A DNA stretch of 64,000 bases from Chrysomallon squamiferum (GCA_012295275.1 CM022675.1:8928001-8992000), one strand, 5' to 3'; positions 41,576 through 56,056 are shown, counted from the first letter of the stretch. Made by a program: numbers and translations. Notes: a model not told the origin generated them from the letters alone.

Positions 41576-44500
41576 AATAATAAACTCTCAAACAGTTGTT
41601 GATCTTACACTAACACAATAAACCTGATAACAAAAATAATTAAATAACTAAACAAATAAATAAATAAATAACACAACATAATACAAATAAAACACTCTTT
41701 TTTTTTTTTTTCTTTCTTCCCCCAAAGCTAAAAGCTTTTATTCTTCAAAACAAGTTACTTGAAGAAGAATATGAAATTGCTCTACACAATGAGTTGTTGT
41801 CGACAAAAACATTTCACAGCGGGGCAACGAGAGACTCCCCTCTGACAGCCATTTCTAATGAGACACGACTCAATCAATAATACTTTCTACAAAACTGATT
41901 TGAAGATGCATCAACCCCAAGTGATTATTTTTGTATTTTGTTGCAGACGGATATAAAAAGATCAATACTCTAACTGAGATGAAATCAGGCTGTGAGCAAA
42001 ACGATGCATCTGTAATATGGTTTTTCAATTAAATAATAGATATTTTTTTTTTCTCTCTCTCTGTCTCTGTGCTAGTATTTGTGTGCTTTTTTTTTGTTTT
42101 TTTTTTTATTGTTTTTTTGGTTGAAAAGATGAAGTATGAGAGGAATCTAATATTGATTTTTATGTTTTGTATTTGATTAAAAATGTATGATACAATTTAA
42201 CAGATTGCAGTGTTGTGTAATATAATGCAGTGCAACATAATGCAGTACAAAGTAAGCTAATACAATTTAATTCTGGTGTAATACAATAAGAACAATATAC
42301 TGTAAAAAAAGCACAGTACAATATAAAAATAATGGTATTTAAGAGATCAAAATCAATGAATATTTGAGTTTAATGACATGATCTAGAACCTAGGAAGGAC
42401 AAAAAAAAAATTAACACATACACTCACAACAAATATATACATACATACATACAGACATGTAAACAAACACACACACACACACACATATATATAGTTACAC
42501 ATACATACTCTCACAAACACATGCATACTTGCAGACAAACATACACACACACATTTTGCAGACATTATTATAAATTCATAATAAATATTATCTTTTAAAA
42601 AATATTCGAAACTATATAAGACAAATAATGAAAATAAACTTAACTGATGTAAAAACATATTTCTTTTCACCTTTCATACACACACAAATACACAATCATA
42701 CACACCAAACACACACACACATACAGAATTTCTCACTAAAATCAAACTATTAAGCACTTTCTATGGAATATTTTAAAAATTTGCTATACTTTATAAAAAC
42801 CATGTTGAGCAATGACGTAATAAATTATTATAAATGTCATACTGAACACAGATTCACTGAAATACACATCACACAGTATGACAATCATTAAAATCTATTT
42901 TAAATACAGAACAGATACTTATGTAATGTTTAATACACACTCACTCACACATAGGTACACATAAACACAAAAATAAACCAACACAAACATGAAAACAAAT
43001 ATCAAATAACAGTTAAACATACACACACAGTTTAATGATACATATTAAAAAAAACCAGTAATCATTACATATACTATAATTAAATATATATCAAACAAGA
43101 AATCAGATGTAGAATACTGATGTTATAAACAGAACTCTAACAAGTGTTGATCCTTCAACCTTCAGCTCTTCAGTTTAACAGGCACAACATAAGTGACTAA
43201 AATGCACAACCTAATATATAGAAAAAGGGCACAAACCAAATGACTAGAAAACAGGGCACAACCTAAGTGACTAGAAAACAGGACACAACCTAAGTGACTA
43301 GAAAACAGGGCACAACCTAAGTGACTAGAAAACAGGGCACAACCTAAGTGACTAGAAAACAGGGCATAACCTAAGTGACTAGAAAACAGGGCACAACCTA
43401 AGTGACTAGAAAACAGAGCACAACCTAAGTGACTAGAAAATAGGGGACAACCTATGTGACTAGAAAACAGGGCACAACCTAAGTGATTAGAAAATAGGAC
43501 ACAACCTAACTGACTAGAAAACAGAGAACAACCTAAGTGACTAGAAAACAGAGCACAACCTAAGTGACTAGAAAACAGGACACAACCTAAGTGACTAGAA
43601 AACAGGGCACAACCTAAGTGACTAGAAAACTAGGCACAACCTAACTGACTAGAAAACTAGGCACAACCTAAGTGGCCTTTGTTTTGTTTTCAGTGATAAC
43701 CAAAACAGCTATTTGTTTATAAGATATTGCTACTACTACTAGTGTCATTAGTACAACTACAGCTACTACTACTATTACTACTTAGTAATAATAACAACAA
43801 CAAGAGCAACAATAATTATATTTAATAATTCTTATTTGTATTACTGTTATTGTTATTATTTTATTAGGTAATATATACTACATATAATCATAAAGCTGTT
43901 ATTAAAAAGTCTTTCTTTAACATGAAAAGAAATAAAAAAACCACACTCAGAATTAGAACCAGAACCAAACTAGGGCCCACACAAATCCAGCCAGAATTGC
44001 TATAATTTATTTTTATCCTGCATAAACTAAATTTTTCATCTTCTGAGCTAAAATATTAAACAATTCTTGACACACTGACAATCTTTTTACACATAAAATC
44101 ACTCTGCACAACCATCTAAGCAACAAATTAATACTTCAGCAAGCAGATAATATCAAAACTTAAGCAACGGTTGAATTACTGTCATAATTCTTTTAACAGC
44201 CTGATGGCCTACCGTGCTTTGACAACAAGTAATCCGAGCTAGCTACTGGTAATCAAAGTATCTTGGGCTAGTACTAATCGTGACTAGATTTGTATGTAAT
44301 ATTTACTCACCCATAATCGCTGAAGTCCAGATCAATAGAAGTCGGGGAGTCAGAGTTGGGGGACATCACCTCTGACAGGATTGTTGGCGTGGACGCCTGT
44401 GAGTTGGTGAGGATGTGGTTTTGAACATCGGCGATGGGAACAGCAGTGACTACGTGGTCTGTGGTTACCACTGATCGTTGGGAATTCTGTTGTTGTGAGG

Positions 44501-47481
44501 CAGCTAACGACTGTTTTAACCTCTAAACAAATAAATAAGTAAGTAAGTAAGTAAGTAAATAAATAAATAAATAAGTAAGTAAGTAAGCAAGCAAGTAAGT
44601 AAATAAATTTATAAATAAATAAAGAAAGAAAGAAATAAACAAAGAAATAAGCAAATAAATAAACAAATAAAAATAAATAAATAAGTAAATAAATAAGTAA
44701 ATAAATATTGTAAAATATTTTAAGATAACCTTTAATAAATAAATGTCTACCTACCCTGACTAACTCTCTCAGTCTCACTATAAATGTGTGTGTGTGTGTG
44801 TGTGTGTGTGTGTCTGCGCATGCACAGATTTAAAATATATCATTTTATTTCTGCTTTTTTTAAACATTTGTAAAACACATTTTTCATTAAAAATAATAAA
44901 TACAAATTACAGTTGCTAGCAGATTATAATTCTCTGATCATTTTTTTGTAACCAAATTCACTAATATTATTTACTATCCAATACCGTAACAAAAATAACA
45001 ACAACAACATAATAATAATAATAACGATAACAAAAAAAAATAAATACAAATTACAATTGCTAGCATTTTGCATCCAACAACATTTTTATCTGTTAATCAT
45101 ATTTCAATTTAATTTTTTTAATTTTTTTTTTAAAACTGCAACAAATATATAAACTTGCCTGTTTTAAATTCATTGTTGTAACGGGAGATGTTGTTGCTGG
45201 TGACGATGACGATGTCACGCCGACAATCTGGGGAACCGCTGCTGATATGGTTACTGGCACAATGGGATTCAGTGTTGCAGGAATATGTACCGGGACTGTC
45301 TGCCCAGTCGGTAGCTGTAGAAAGACCTGCATCGCGTAGGCCTGCGATGTTGGTGTTGCAGCGACAGCAGCTGTCACTGTAGTAGTTGCAGGGTTCACAA
45401 CAGGCAGGCTTAGGCTGTGTGGGACTATGATGGCTGACGAAGTTACCAGTTTTGTGGCACTGGAAAGAAAAAAATGTTGTGGTTTTTTCTTTTAGACAAA
45501 GATTTTGGTAAATGGGATTTAACACATCTTTGAATCTTAATTACAGCATATTTTCAGCATATTTTTTCAAGATATATTTTATTTGTAATATATTCTATAC
45601 TTTCACGTTATATTTTATTTGTATTATATTCTATGTTTTCACATTATACTTTATTTGTATTTATTCTATAACTTTCAAGTTACATTTTATTTGTATTATA
45701 TTCTATCTTTTCAAGTTATACTTCATTTGTAATAAATTCTATACTTTCAAGATATGCTTTATTTATAATATATTCTATACTTTCAAGTTATATTTTATTT
45801 ATAATATATTCCAAACACATTTTATTTGTATTTCAGCTGTCGTGATTTTAAATAATAATGAAATATAACAACAGTAAAGTACAGCTTAAAAACACCAAAT
45901 ACATATTGTATATAACAGGTTCATCATCTCTAATCCAATTCATCTTTCAAAATTACATCATCTAAAAAGCTGAAACCTTACACCTTATGGATGACTCAGC
46001 ACCCACAAACCCTTCACATCATTCACAAAAATAAAAAATTATTATACAACATGATGTATTTCATGTTTAGTCACCTCTCTTGTCCTTAGTCTATTTCCTT
46101 ACATTCCAAAATCTGAGACACTTCTGCTTCTGGATATTTTGGTAAAGAATGTTCCATCCTGTATGTTTTATTTCTATTTACTATGGGCTTGGTTTAGACA
46201 CTTAAATCTATAGGTTGGGGTATAGACTTAATATTATGGGTTATGGTATAGACTTAAATCTATGACTTGGGGTATAGACTTAAATCTATAGGTTGAGGTA
46301 TAGACTTAAATATATCGGTTGGGGTATAGACTTAAATCTATAGGTTGGGGTATAAAGACTTAAATCTATAAGTTGGGGTATAGACTTAAATATATGGGTT
46401 GAGGAAGAGACTTAAATTTATAGGTTGGAGTATAGACTTAATATTATGGGTTATGGTATAGACTTAAATCTATAGGTTGAGGTATAGACTTAAATCTATA
46501 GGTTGGGGTATAGACTTTAATCTATGGGTTGGGGTATAGACTTAAATCTAAGGGTTGAGGTATAGACTTAAATCTAAGGGTTGAGGTATAGACTTAGATA
46601 TATGGGTTGAGGTAGACTTAAATTTATGGGTTGGGGTACAGACTTAAATCTATGAGCTGGGGTACAGACTTAAATCTATAGGTTGGAGTCTAAACTTAAA
46701 TCTAAAGGTTGGGGGATAAACTTAAATCTAAAGGTTGGGGGATAGACTTAAACCTAAAGGTTGGGGTGTAGACTCTAAACTCTGGGTTGGGGTATAGATG
46801 TAAAACTATGGGCTGGGATAGATACTCAGAACTGCACTCACTTTGTCATTGGCTGGGTCAGTATGTCAGGTCCAGTACTGGACACAATATTCCTGGCCGG
46901 GGACAGCGTACTGTCGGCAGCCTGCGACATCGACACGCAGTCCACATCGTCATCGGACGTTGTCGACGAAGGCTGGACAGCGATGATCTTGTCTGGAGGT
47001 GACCGATGTCCACCCGAGAGGTCAAGGGCTTTGTCCCCGGGAACTGCGATGATGACGTCGCTGGACAAGGGTTCCTGCTTCACTGGCTTCACAGGCGACG
47101 ATGCGGAAACACATCGGACCAGCTCGATTTTGGAACCGTCCAGCGGGACTGGTGTGTTGAGTTCATTGGAATGTGGACCAGGCAGTGGAACAGTCTGGAA
47201 GAGAAAAAAAAAAAGAGTAACTTATGTGTAGTGAAACAGTCACACGATGTGATGTGATGTGATGTTGTGTGTGATTCTCAGCACTTTGGAAAAAATTATT
47301 TATATATGTATTTTTGTGTCTGTGTGTCTGTGTGTGTGTGTCAGAGAGAGTGAGAGACAGTCACAGATAAAGATGTAGAGACTGAGTATTTATATATATA
47401 TATATGTGACAGAGAGAGAAAAACAGTGAGACATATAGATTTACACAAACATAAAAAAGACAAATATAGAGACTAAGACAT

Positions 47482-47517
<36 letters not shown>

Positions 47518-47626
47518 TAAATAGATTTATAGAACCATGAAAAATACAGAGATAGAGACAAAGATATATATATATATATATAAACTAGAAAAGTGAGACA
47601 GATTAAGATATTTTTATATATACAGA

Positions 47627-47720
<94 letters not shown>

Positions 47721-49187
47721 TTTACTTCTGGGACATCTGAGGCTTTCTTGAATGCTTCTTCAAACGGGTTTTTACTCAGTTCTTGAAACAAACCAATCTC
47801 TTCACAATTCTTCAGAAACTTTGTCGGTGTTGGCGTTTGATCTTTAGAGAAAAAAAAATAAAAAAGAACAGAAAATGTTGGTCATCCTTATAAAAGCAAC
47901 AATTTCAGTTTACCAACATAATTAGGTTTGTTGTTTGGTTTTTCATAATTATCTATGCACAACTGAATAAAATTACTTTTCAAAGATTTTATGGATTAAG
48001 TGACTGTTTATATATGCATGCATAAGATTGTAGTGCTCATGTGTGTGTGCATGTGTGTAATTTGCTGTGCAACTTTGTGTTTATCATTTATCTGCCCTGG
48101 TTTGAAAAACCTAGAAAATTAAATTCTAGTTATTTTGAGAAGAATAAACATCAAACATTTTCAATCAAGTAGCCCTACAAGATTTATCCAGACAAAAATC
48201 TCAGAATTCTTTTTGATATTTGTAGCAATGGAAAACAGATTTAAATATATGCCAATGTATATTCTTATAAAATCTTATTAAATGGACTGTTTCTGATACC
48301 TAAGAAAGGATTGGAGGGGGAGGATACAGTGGATCCCCCCAGGTTCAAGGCCAAGGACATTTCATGTTTCCTTGAATGTACGTTCAGGTGATCCTCAGTG
48401 GAGAAACGCTGGAAAACAAAATTTAAATTAAAAAAATCAACAACAACAAGACAAAGATTTAATGTTTTAACAAAAATAAAAACTACTATACTCATTAATA
48501 ATAACCAAAAAAAAAATTAAATATTTTATACGATTTTAGGTATTTTTCCTTTGTTATAAAAATAAAAGTGTTTTGCGGTTTTCACCATTTCCTAGAAATT
48601 CAAACAAAAATAATATCTCAGCTCTTCAAACATTTTAAGCTCTTCAATCTATGATGCTGGACCCTCAAAATTCTCAATTTCTGTTTTGCTATTTACTGAG
48701 TTACTTGTCACACTGAACACTTAAAACTACTCACTATTTTTTAACTTACTATGCCAGACCTCAGTTATTATTTTTCTATATACTTGCCATGCTAAACACT
48801 TAAAGCTCACACAATTGTTTTGGAAATTTATCATCTCAGAAAAATTATTATTTTTAGTGGTTTCTTACTGTGCTAAATACTCATAGCTCTCATGTTGTTT
48901 TGTTATTTATTTATCATCATCAAACTTTCAAACATCTTAATACTCTTACTGATTACTTACCATGATTAAATACTTATACTTTCATAGCTCTCATAATTTG
49001 TTTTTCATTTATCATCACAAACCTTCAAATATCTTATTATTTTTTCTGGTTACTTGCCACTGAACACTTTAAAGTTCTTAAAATTTTCTTTAATTTATCA
49101 CCTTAGAATTAGATCTGATTTTTTATTTTTACTTACCATCCCGCAGTCAGAAGCAGAACAAGCAAATGGTTTGTCGTCATGGCTCAT
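39003..49187 (-). CDS. ATF2: Cyclic AMP-dependent transcription factor ATF-2/ATF-7 family, about 541 aa, 10 coding exons
   Basis: Exons in transcript order: 49187-49137, 48408-48300, 47841-47726, 47194-46842, 45459-45159, 44522-44311, 40841-40773, 40519-40423, 40265-40151, 39205-39003. They total 1626 nt with consistent phases. Motifs: MSHDDKPFACSASDCGMRFSTEDHLNVHSRKH (C2H2 finger), DQTPTPTKFLKNCEEIGLF (JNK/p38 phospho-sites), and the bZIP RRRKFLERNRAAAARCRMKRKHW...EVAQLKTLLLAHKDCP. Likely co-orthologue of ATF2/ATF7/CREB5. Confidence 0.95.
40920..41440. repeat. Minisatellite of about 31 bp
   Basis: Repeated gattttattgtacacttcactgtttaataca variants. Confidence 0.88.
43180..43675. repeat. 27-bp minisatellite
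   Basis: About 18 copies of acaacctaagtgactagaaaacagggc. Confidence 0.95.
45560..45830. repeat. 36-bp minisatellite
   Basis: Variants of ttcaagttatattttatttgtattatattctatact. Explains the 12-aa periodicity of spurious ORF 45512-45868. Confidence 0.88.
46180..46825. repeat. 26-bp G-tract minisatellite
   Basis: About 24 copies of ggttggggtatagacttaaatctata. Confidence 0.93.
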
Positions 49188-49563
49188 TGTACAGTGGGGT
49201 AAAACACCACACCACCTTCCTACATGTAGGTCACCTGACTACCTGAATAAATAAAAAATAAACATAAAATAAAAATAAACATTTTTTTTTTTTTTTTTAT
49301 AAACACATAAATAAATAAATAAATAAAATATTTCATATTTCTTATTAATAATATGAATAAATAAAATCTTTAATATGTCTTATTAATAATATGAATTTTA
49401 TAAAATAATATACATTACTCAATGACTCCTATGGCTACACATAGATCTCCTCACTATCTTAGTAATAAATAACAAAACAAACCAAAAAAGATAAATAAAT
49501 AATAAATACCCATAACATATTTAATTAATAATATGTATTTTATAAAATAAAACACCTGAATAA

Positions 49564-49604
<41 letters not shown>

Positions 49605-49833
49605 ATATTTAACCCCCATAACATATTTTATTAATAATATCTAAATTAAAAAATAAATAAATGAATAAACAAATGAATATTTAATATCTTCAACACTACT
49701 ACTCCTACATGTACATCACATGTCTACCTGAATAAATCAATAAATAAATTTCATATCTAACATATTATTAACATGATTTATGTATCACAAAATAAAAGAG
49801 GAAATATGGTACTCTTATATATAGATAACCTAA

Positions 49834-49872
<39 letters not shown>

Positions 49873-50169
49873 ATGATTTTTCTTTAATAAAATAAAGACT
49901 GAAAGTCCTATTACTACATGAAGGTGTTATCACTAATATGTGAATAAAAAATAAATGATATCTTTAAATGTTTTTATTAATATGATGTGACAAACATAAG
50001 AATTTAAAAAAATAATATCTGAAAGACAAAAGCTACTATTAACTAGTATCTTTTATAATGACATATAACAACTTTGATACTTTTTACAAAAGAACAGAAT
50101 CTAAGCAGCAAAGTAAGATTGATATTTGTTTCTCCTATTCATAAGTTAAACCTTTAATAATAATAATAA

Positions 50170-50200
<31 letters not shown>

Positions 50201-50976
50201 AAGAAGAAGAAAAAGTAGTAGTAGTAGTAGTAGTAATAGCAGTAGTAGTCACAGAAGTAATAGTGGTAGAGGTTTAAATCAAAAATAATAAATTAGTGTT
50301 CCAATATTTATATTATACATCTTGTATTTTCTACATTTCTTGCATTACAAAAAAAAATATATGTAAAAAAAAAATCAACAAAAATTTAGTGTTATGAGGC
50401 TAACTATCTCCTTCCCCAAAACATTTATTGCTATTTTAATACTAACTTTCAGGTAGTGTGAAACTGGAATAAAATAATACTTATTATCTGAACAGAGACT
50501 GAGAAATATGAAGATTAATAATAATAAAATAATAATAATAATAATTAATAAATAAATAATAATTAATTGATAAGAATAGTTGGAAAAGTGTTCGTGTCAA
50601 CTTGTATCTTTTGGTACTGTAAGTAATTTATACTTCTGTCACATTAAATTAATACATTTTCAACTTTCAAATACTGCTTAACTCTCTGTATTCGTCACCA
50701 TTCCTAGAAATATCAAAATTCCTCAAAAAGCGATGAACTTTTGACTGACACACTTCTATTTATAGGATTTAAGCCGAAGCTTGTTGAAAAGTGAAAGCAC
50801 AAAAAAAGTAAACAAAATATAGGACACCTTCAAAATAGACAAAACTGACAATTGTGGCGGTATTAATCATACATGTAAGGATGGTTTTTGCTGTAAAGAT
50901 GACAGACGCATCTATTATTTCATAGATAATAATTATTGTTGGGCTAATATTTGTACATGTTGATTATTTTACGTAC

Positions 50977-51075
50977 CAAATGTAGAACTGACTACAATTT
51001 TGGCTGCAAACTGACAGCTGCGCATGTGCCATCGGTAGGTGGCATTACAATCAGCGAGGTTTACTTCCGGGGAAA
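50977..51075. promoter_or_regulatory. Candidate bidirectional promoter for ATF2 and G6PC, including putative ATF2 non-coding exon 1
   Basis: Local GC/CpG-richer patch between the divergent genes. It has an NRF1-like TGCGCATGTGC (51019-51029), an ETS/GABP ACTTCCGG (51063-51070), and a minus-strand donor TTG|GTACGT at 50977/50976. Confidence 0.55.
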
Positions 51076-51373
51076 AAAGGGGCCTTAATTTTGACAAATA
51101 TGAGAGGCCTTGTCTGGTTGTGTGTACATTGATTAATAAGAGTGTTCACGTGTATGTTTGAAATTTTACTAAATTATTTTTTTTAACATTACAAGTTTGA
51201 AAAAAATATATATCGTAATTGAGAGATAAACTGGTGACACTGATGATATAAAATGACCTTTTATCATTGATGCAGGCACATGTTGTTAGCATTTACCAAT
51301 GTGATCGAAGACTCAGTCACTGAAGAAATGTCTCTTAATAGCTATCGAATCGGAAAGCTTTTGTTTTGTTTAG

Positions 51374-51450
<77 letters not shown>

Positions 51451-51729
51451 TTAAATAAATAAATAAATAAAAGACAAAATAGTGAAGTATATTAATAGTA
51501 TAAAGACTTTATCTTGTGGAATATATGTAACTTTTCAAAACGTTTCATCATCATAATAATAATAATAATAATAAATAATAATAATAATAATAATAGCAAA
51601 AACAACTTGTTAGATCTTAGTAACTATATCTTCTATAATATTTATGTCATATTTTTTATTATTATTATTATTATTAATTTTTTTTTTTTTTAGTTTTTCA
51701 AATAAAGAAATCAAAATATTAAGAAAAAA

Positions 51730-52031
51730 ATGGATGGAATACATGCAGGTGGAATAACCTTTATACTGAAACTACAATATTATTTCAAGGTAAAACAATT
51801 ATTATTATTATTATTATTATTATTTATTACTACAACTACTTCTAGTATTAGTATTAGTTACTACTTGTATTACTACTACTACTACTTGTAGTATTAGTAT
51901 TACTGTTGTTACTACTACTGCTAGTATTACTACCACTATTACTACTATGACAATTGCAGCTAATATTTGTTCAAGTATATTAACTATTACTATTACCACT
52001 ATACTGTACTACTACAGTATTACTACTGCAC

Positions 52032-52070
<39 letters not shown>

Positions 52071-52129
52071 GTTATTGTTATTATTATTATTGTTATTGTT
52101 ATTATTATTATTATTATTATTATTTTATG

Positions 52130-52168
<39 letters not shown>

Positions 52169-55100
52169 GTTATTGTTATTATAGTTATTATTATTATTAT
52201 TATTATTTTTATTATTTCTGTTTAGGATTACAGTGAAATGATGCTGTTCCTCTCTCACATAGGAGATCCAAGAAATGCTTTTCTTGTCTATTTTCCCATC
52301 GCCTACTTCATCCATCACTCAGTTGGCAAAAGAGTTGTCATGGTAGCAGCAGTATCAGAATGGCTGAATGCAATTTTCAAATGGTAAAAATCAAATATGA
52401 TTATTTTATTTCAAAGAAAAAAAACAAAAAAAAACAACGAAAAACCCTACCAAAACAGAACATTTAATGTTACTGTATGTGTTATTACTAGTATTATTAT
52501 TATTACTATTACTACTACTTCTGCTACTGCAGCTACTACTACTACTAGTATTACTGTTACTATCTAGTGCTGCTAGTGTTCTTATTGTTATTAATAATTA
52601 TTACTATTGCATATATTTTATTTATTTATTTCATATATTTCATATTTTTATAATCATCATCATCTTCATTATCATTATTAATGTAATGATCATAATTATT
52701 ATTATTACTACCATTGCTACTACATTTATTTATTTATTTTTATAATATCATCTTCATCATCATTATTATATACTGTAAATATTATTATTATTACTATATT
52801 TATTACATTACTTTATTTTTATTACATTATTTTACTGTTATGATGATCATCATCATCATTTGTATTATTATTATTATTATATTTATTTCTGTTATGTTAC
52901 ATGATTGCAATATTAATATTATTTATATTACTTACATTTGTAAAAGTTAACTTAACCTGGTATAAAAAAATAACCTGAACATTTACTATCTTTCTGAAGA
53001 ACAGATCTATTTCAACCTACCAACCAAACTTTGCAAATAATAAAGTATTACAATAATATAATACGCAGCCATTTTCTTTGTTTTTGTATTTATGAAGAAA
53101 TTTATTTGATGGATGTTGGAAAAAAATCTGACAGAGGGTGAAATGTTGCCTGTAAATTCGCTTGTTTTAATAATTATTGTGGGATATAATCAATTAATTT
53201 TCAATATTGCAGGTTGCTATATGGACAGCGGCCATATTGGTGGGTACATGAATCCAGTGTGTATGAAATCCCACCACAGTTAGACCAGTTTCGACTTACT
53301 TGCGAAACTGGGCCGGGTAGGTAATTTATTTCTTCTGCTTATTTATTTATTTATTTATTATGTTATTATTATTATGTTTTTTTTTACCAGACAGTAATGT
53401 TTTTTAAAAATTTAAAAAAAAAAAAATAATAATAAAAGTAGTAGTAGTAGTATAGTAATACTAGTAGTAGCAGTAAAAATTAAATATAAAAAATATTTAT
53501 ATAAACTTAAATGAAATAAATATTATGTTTGGTGATCTAGTATCTAAGTATTTATTTTTTATTTATTTATTTATTTTTGAAATGGCTAAATAATTTTTTT
53601 TTAATTTTATTTTAGGAAGTCCATCAGGACATGCCATGGTAACATCATCTGTTCTCTTTCTTCTAGTCTCAGAATTTATCTACTACAGAAAAATTACCAG
53701 GTTTATATTTTTATTTATTCTATATTTATTTTATTATTTTACTTTACTTTACTTTATTCATTTTTATTTTATTTTGTCTTGATTTATTTTATTTTATTTT
53801 ATTTATGTCATTATTTTACTTTATTTTATTTTATTTTTTTTATTTTTATCTTTTATTTATTTTATTTTTATTTTATTTCATTTTATTTTGTTTTCCTTTT
53901 ATTTTTGTTATTTACTTTTTTAATTATATTTATTTATTATTTTATTTTATTTTATTTAATATCAAATAATTAAAAATAATAAAAACTTTTCATAGAACAG
54001 TTATTACATTTAAGATCAGATATGTTACATCTTCCTGACAATGAATTCATTTGACTAATTTCTCATTATGGCCAGTGCTCCATTTTTACTAATAAAAAAA
54101 ACCTTTCACAAATAAATAAATTATAAAATTGTTAAGAATATCTGTATATAATTAAATAAGTTTATTTTATTTATAGGTTTTCAGTAAAACTGGTGTGTTG
54201 GTTTATTTTTGGTTTGATAATGTTGGCTGTCAATCTGTCAAGGTGTTTTATAGCAACCCATTTTCCACATCAAGTCATTGCTGGTGTAGCTGTTGGTATG
54301 TTTTTTGTATTTTCCTCCTTTTAAAATAGAGCACCTCAACATATTCTTTTTTTGACAGGTAATTGTGTAGTTATGAGAGAAATTTTTCATTATCTTTTCA
54401 TTATTGTTGTTGTATTTATTTTTATAATTATTATTTTTTTTATTATCATTTTTATATTATTAAAATTATAACCATTTTTGTTATTGTTGTATTATAATTA
54501 TCATTATTATTATATACTTATCATAATCATCATCATCATTACTAATGGGAATAGTATTGTTATTATTTTTATAATTATTATTACTTTTCTTATCAATTTT
54601 ATTTCATAAATATTTTAACCATTTTTATTACTGTTGTATTATATTTATCATTATTATGATATTTACCATACCATCATCATCATCATCACTACTGTTTATA
54701 ATACTGTTATTATTTTATTATTATAATTATTATTACTTTTATTACCAGTTTTATTGTATTAATATTATTACCATTTCTTTTTTGTTATTGTTATTATTAT
54801 TATTATTACTTCTTAATGCATATTTCATAACTTAGCAAATTTACACTCATACATTATGATTATAAATGGTTAAAAATAAGAAATATTAATTTAAAAAACT
54901 AGTAATCTTTAATTTAAAATAATCTTTTTTTCCTTCTCGACACAGGAATTCTCCTTGCCGTCACTTTCAACAGCATTTCAACGACATCGCTGTCCCTGAA
55001 GCATTACGCAGTTGCCTCGGCATTGATTCTTAGCAGCACCGTCACAGCTTACTTCATCATCATCCTGCTTGGTTTTGATCCTGTATGGTCGATATCGTTT

Positions 55101-56056
55101 GCAACAAAATGGTGTGCAAGACCAGAATGGATACACTTAGACACAACTTTGTTTTATTCCATAGTCAGAGATTGTTCATGTCTTTTAGGTAAAAATTTTT
55201 TTACAATTTTATTAATATAAAAAAAAAAAAAATGTCATATATTGTTAATATTTTATAGGTATTATGATTAAATAGACAGCTTTCATACTGTTATGCAATA
55301 GGAAAGAAAAATGGGATTATGTGTCATTCATATTAAATGTGTTTCAGTTAAGCAGTCAGTCTGAGTACTGATAGTTATTGAGATCTATTCCTGGTCGTAG
55401 TTCATGTTTTCTTGTCTACTGGAAGGTTGCAAATAAAGTTTCTTTCTGTAATTGATCATAATAATCCATATTTAATATATTTTCTGCGAGCATTAAGTTT
55501 ATTATCTTTATTATTTCTTTATACCAGAACAAAAAATTTAACAAATTTCTTATATTAATAATAATAATAATAATAATGGTATTAGTAAATGTCATAATGG
55601 TGTAATGAAATAAATCTTACAAAAATATCTCATTACCGTATGCAGTTAAAAAAAATAATTAGAGATATTATTTATTGACACAGTTTGATAAATATATATA
55701 TATATATTTAATTTTTAAAATTATTATTATTATTAATATTTTATTTTATTACTTTGGTTTGTATTTTCATTTTTTTTTTTTTTCACTTTATTTCAGGAAT
55801 GGGAATAGGAGTTTATCTGGCAGGGGAAGACAACTCTGAATGGAATCTTTTCTCGAGGCTGTTTCAGATTATCTTATCTTTGACAGCCGCTCAGATTGAA
55901 GAGATAATCGTTGTCCCTCATGAACCCCAGCTTGTTTTTTACACGCTAGCGTCAATAAAATACATAATTCTTTTTATTGTTATTATAAACATCATTCCAA
56001 AGATTAGCGAGCTGTTGATGAGACTTGTGTTTGGAACTAGAAAGAAAGATGCATGA
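51730..56056 (+). CDS. G6PC: Glucose-6-phosphatase catalytic subunit (PAP2 superfamily), about 342 aa, 7 coding exons
   Basis: Exons: 51730-51789, 52226-52383, 53213-53316, 53616-53700, 54177-54295, 54946-55188, 55797-56056. They total 1029 nt with consistent phases. Intact motifs KWLLYGQRPYWW, CETGPGSPSGH and SRCFIATHFPHQV, also KWCARPEWIHLDTT. C-terminal KKDA dilysine ER-retrieval signal. Confidence 0.95.

Noticed and set aside
43180-43675. CRISPR-like regular 27-bp repeats
   Set aside because: Head-to-tail units with no unique spacers, inside a eukaryotic intron, and no cas genes. It is a minisatellite.
46180-46825. Interstitial telomere
   Set aside because: TTGGGG occurs once per 26-bp unit, not as tandem TTAGGG.
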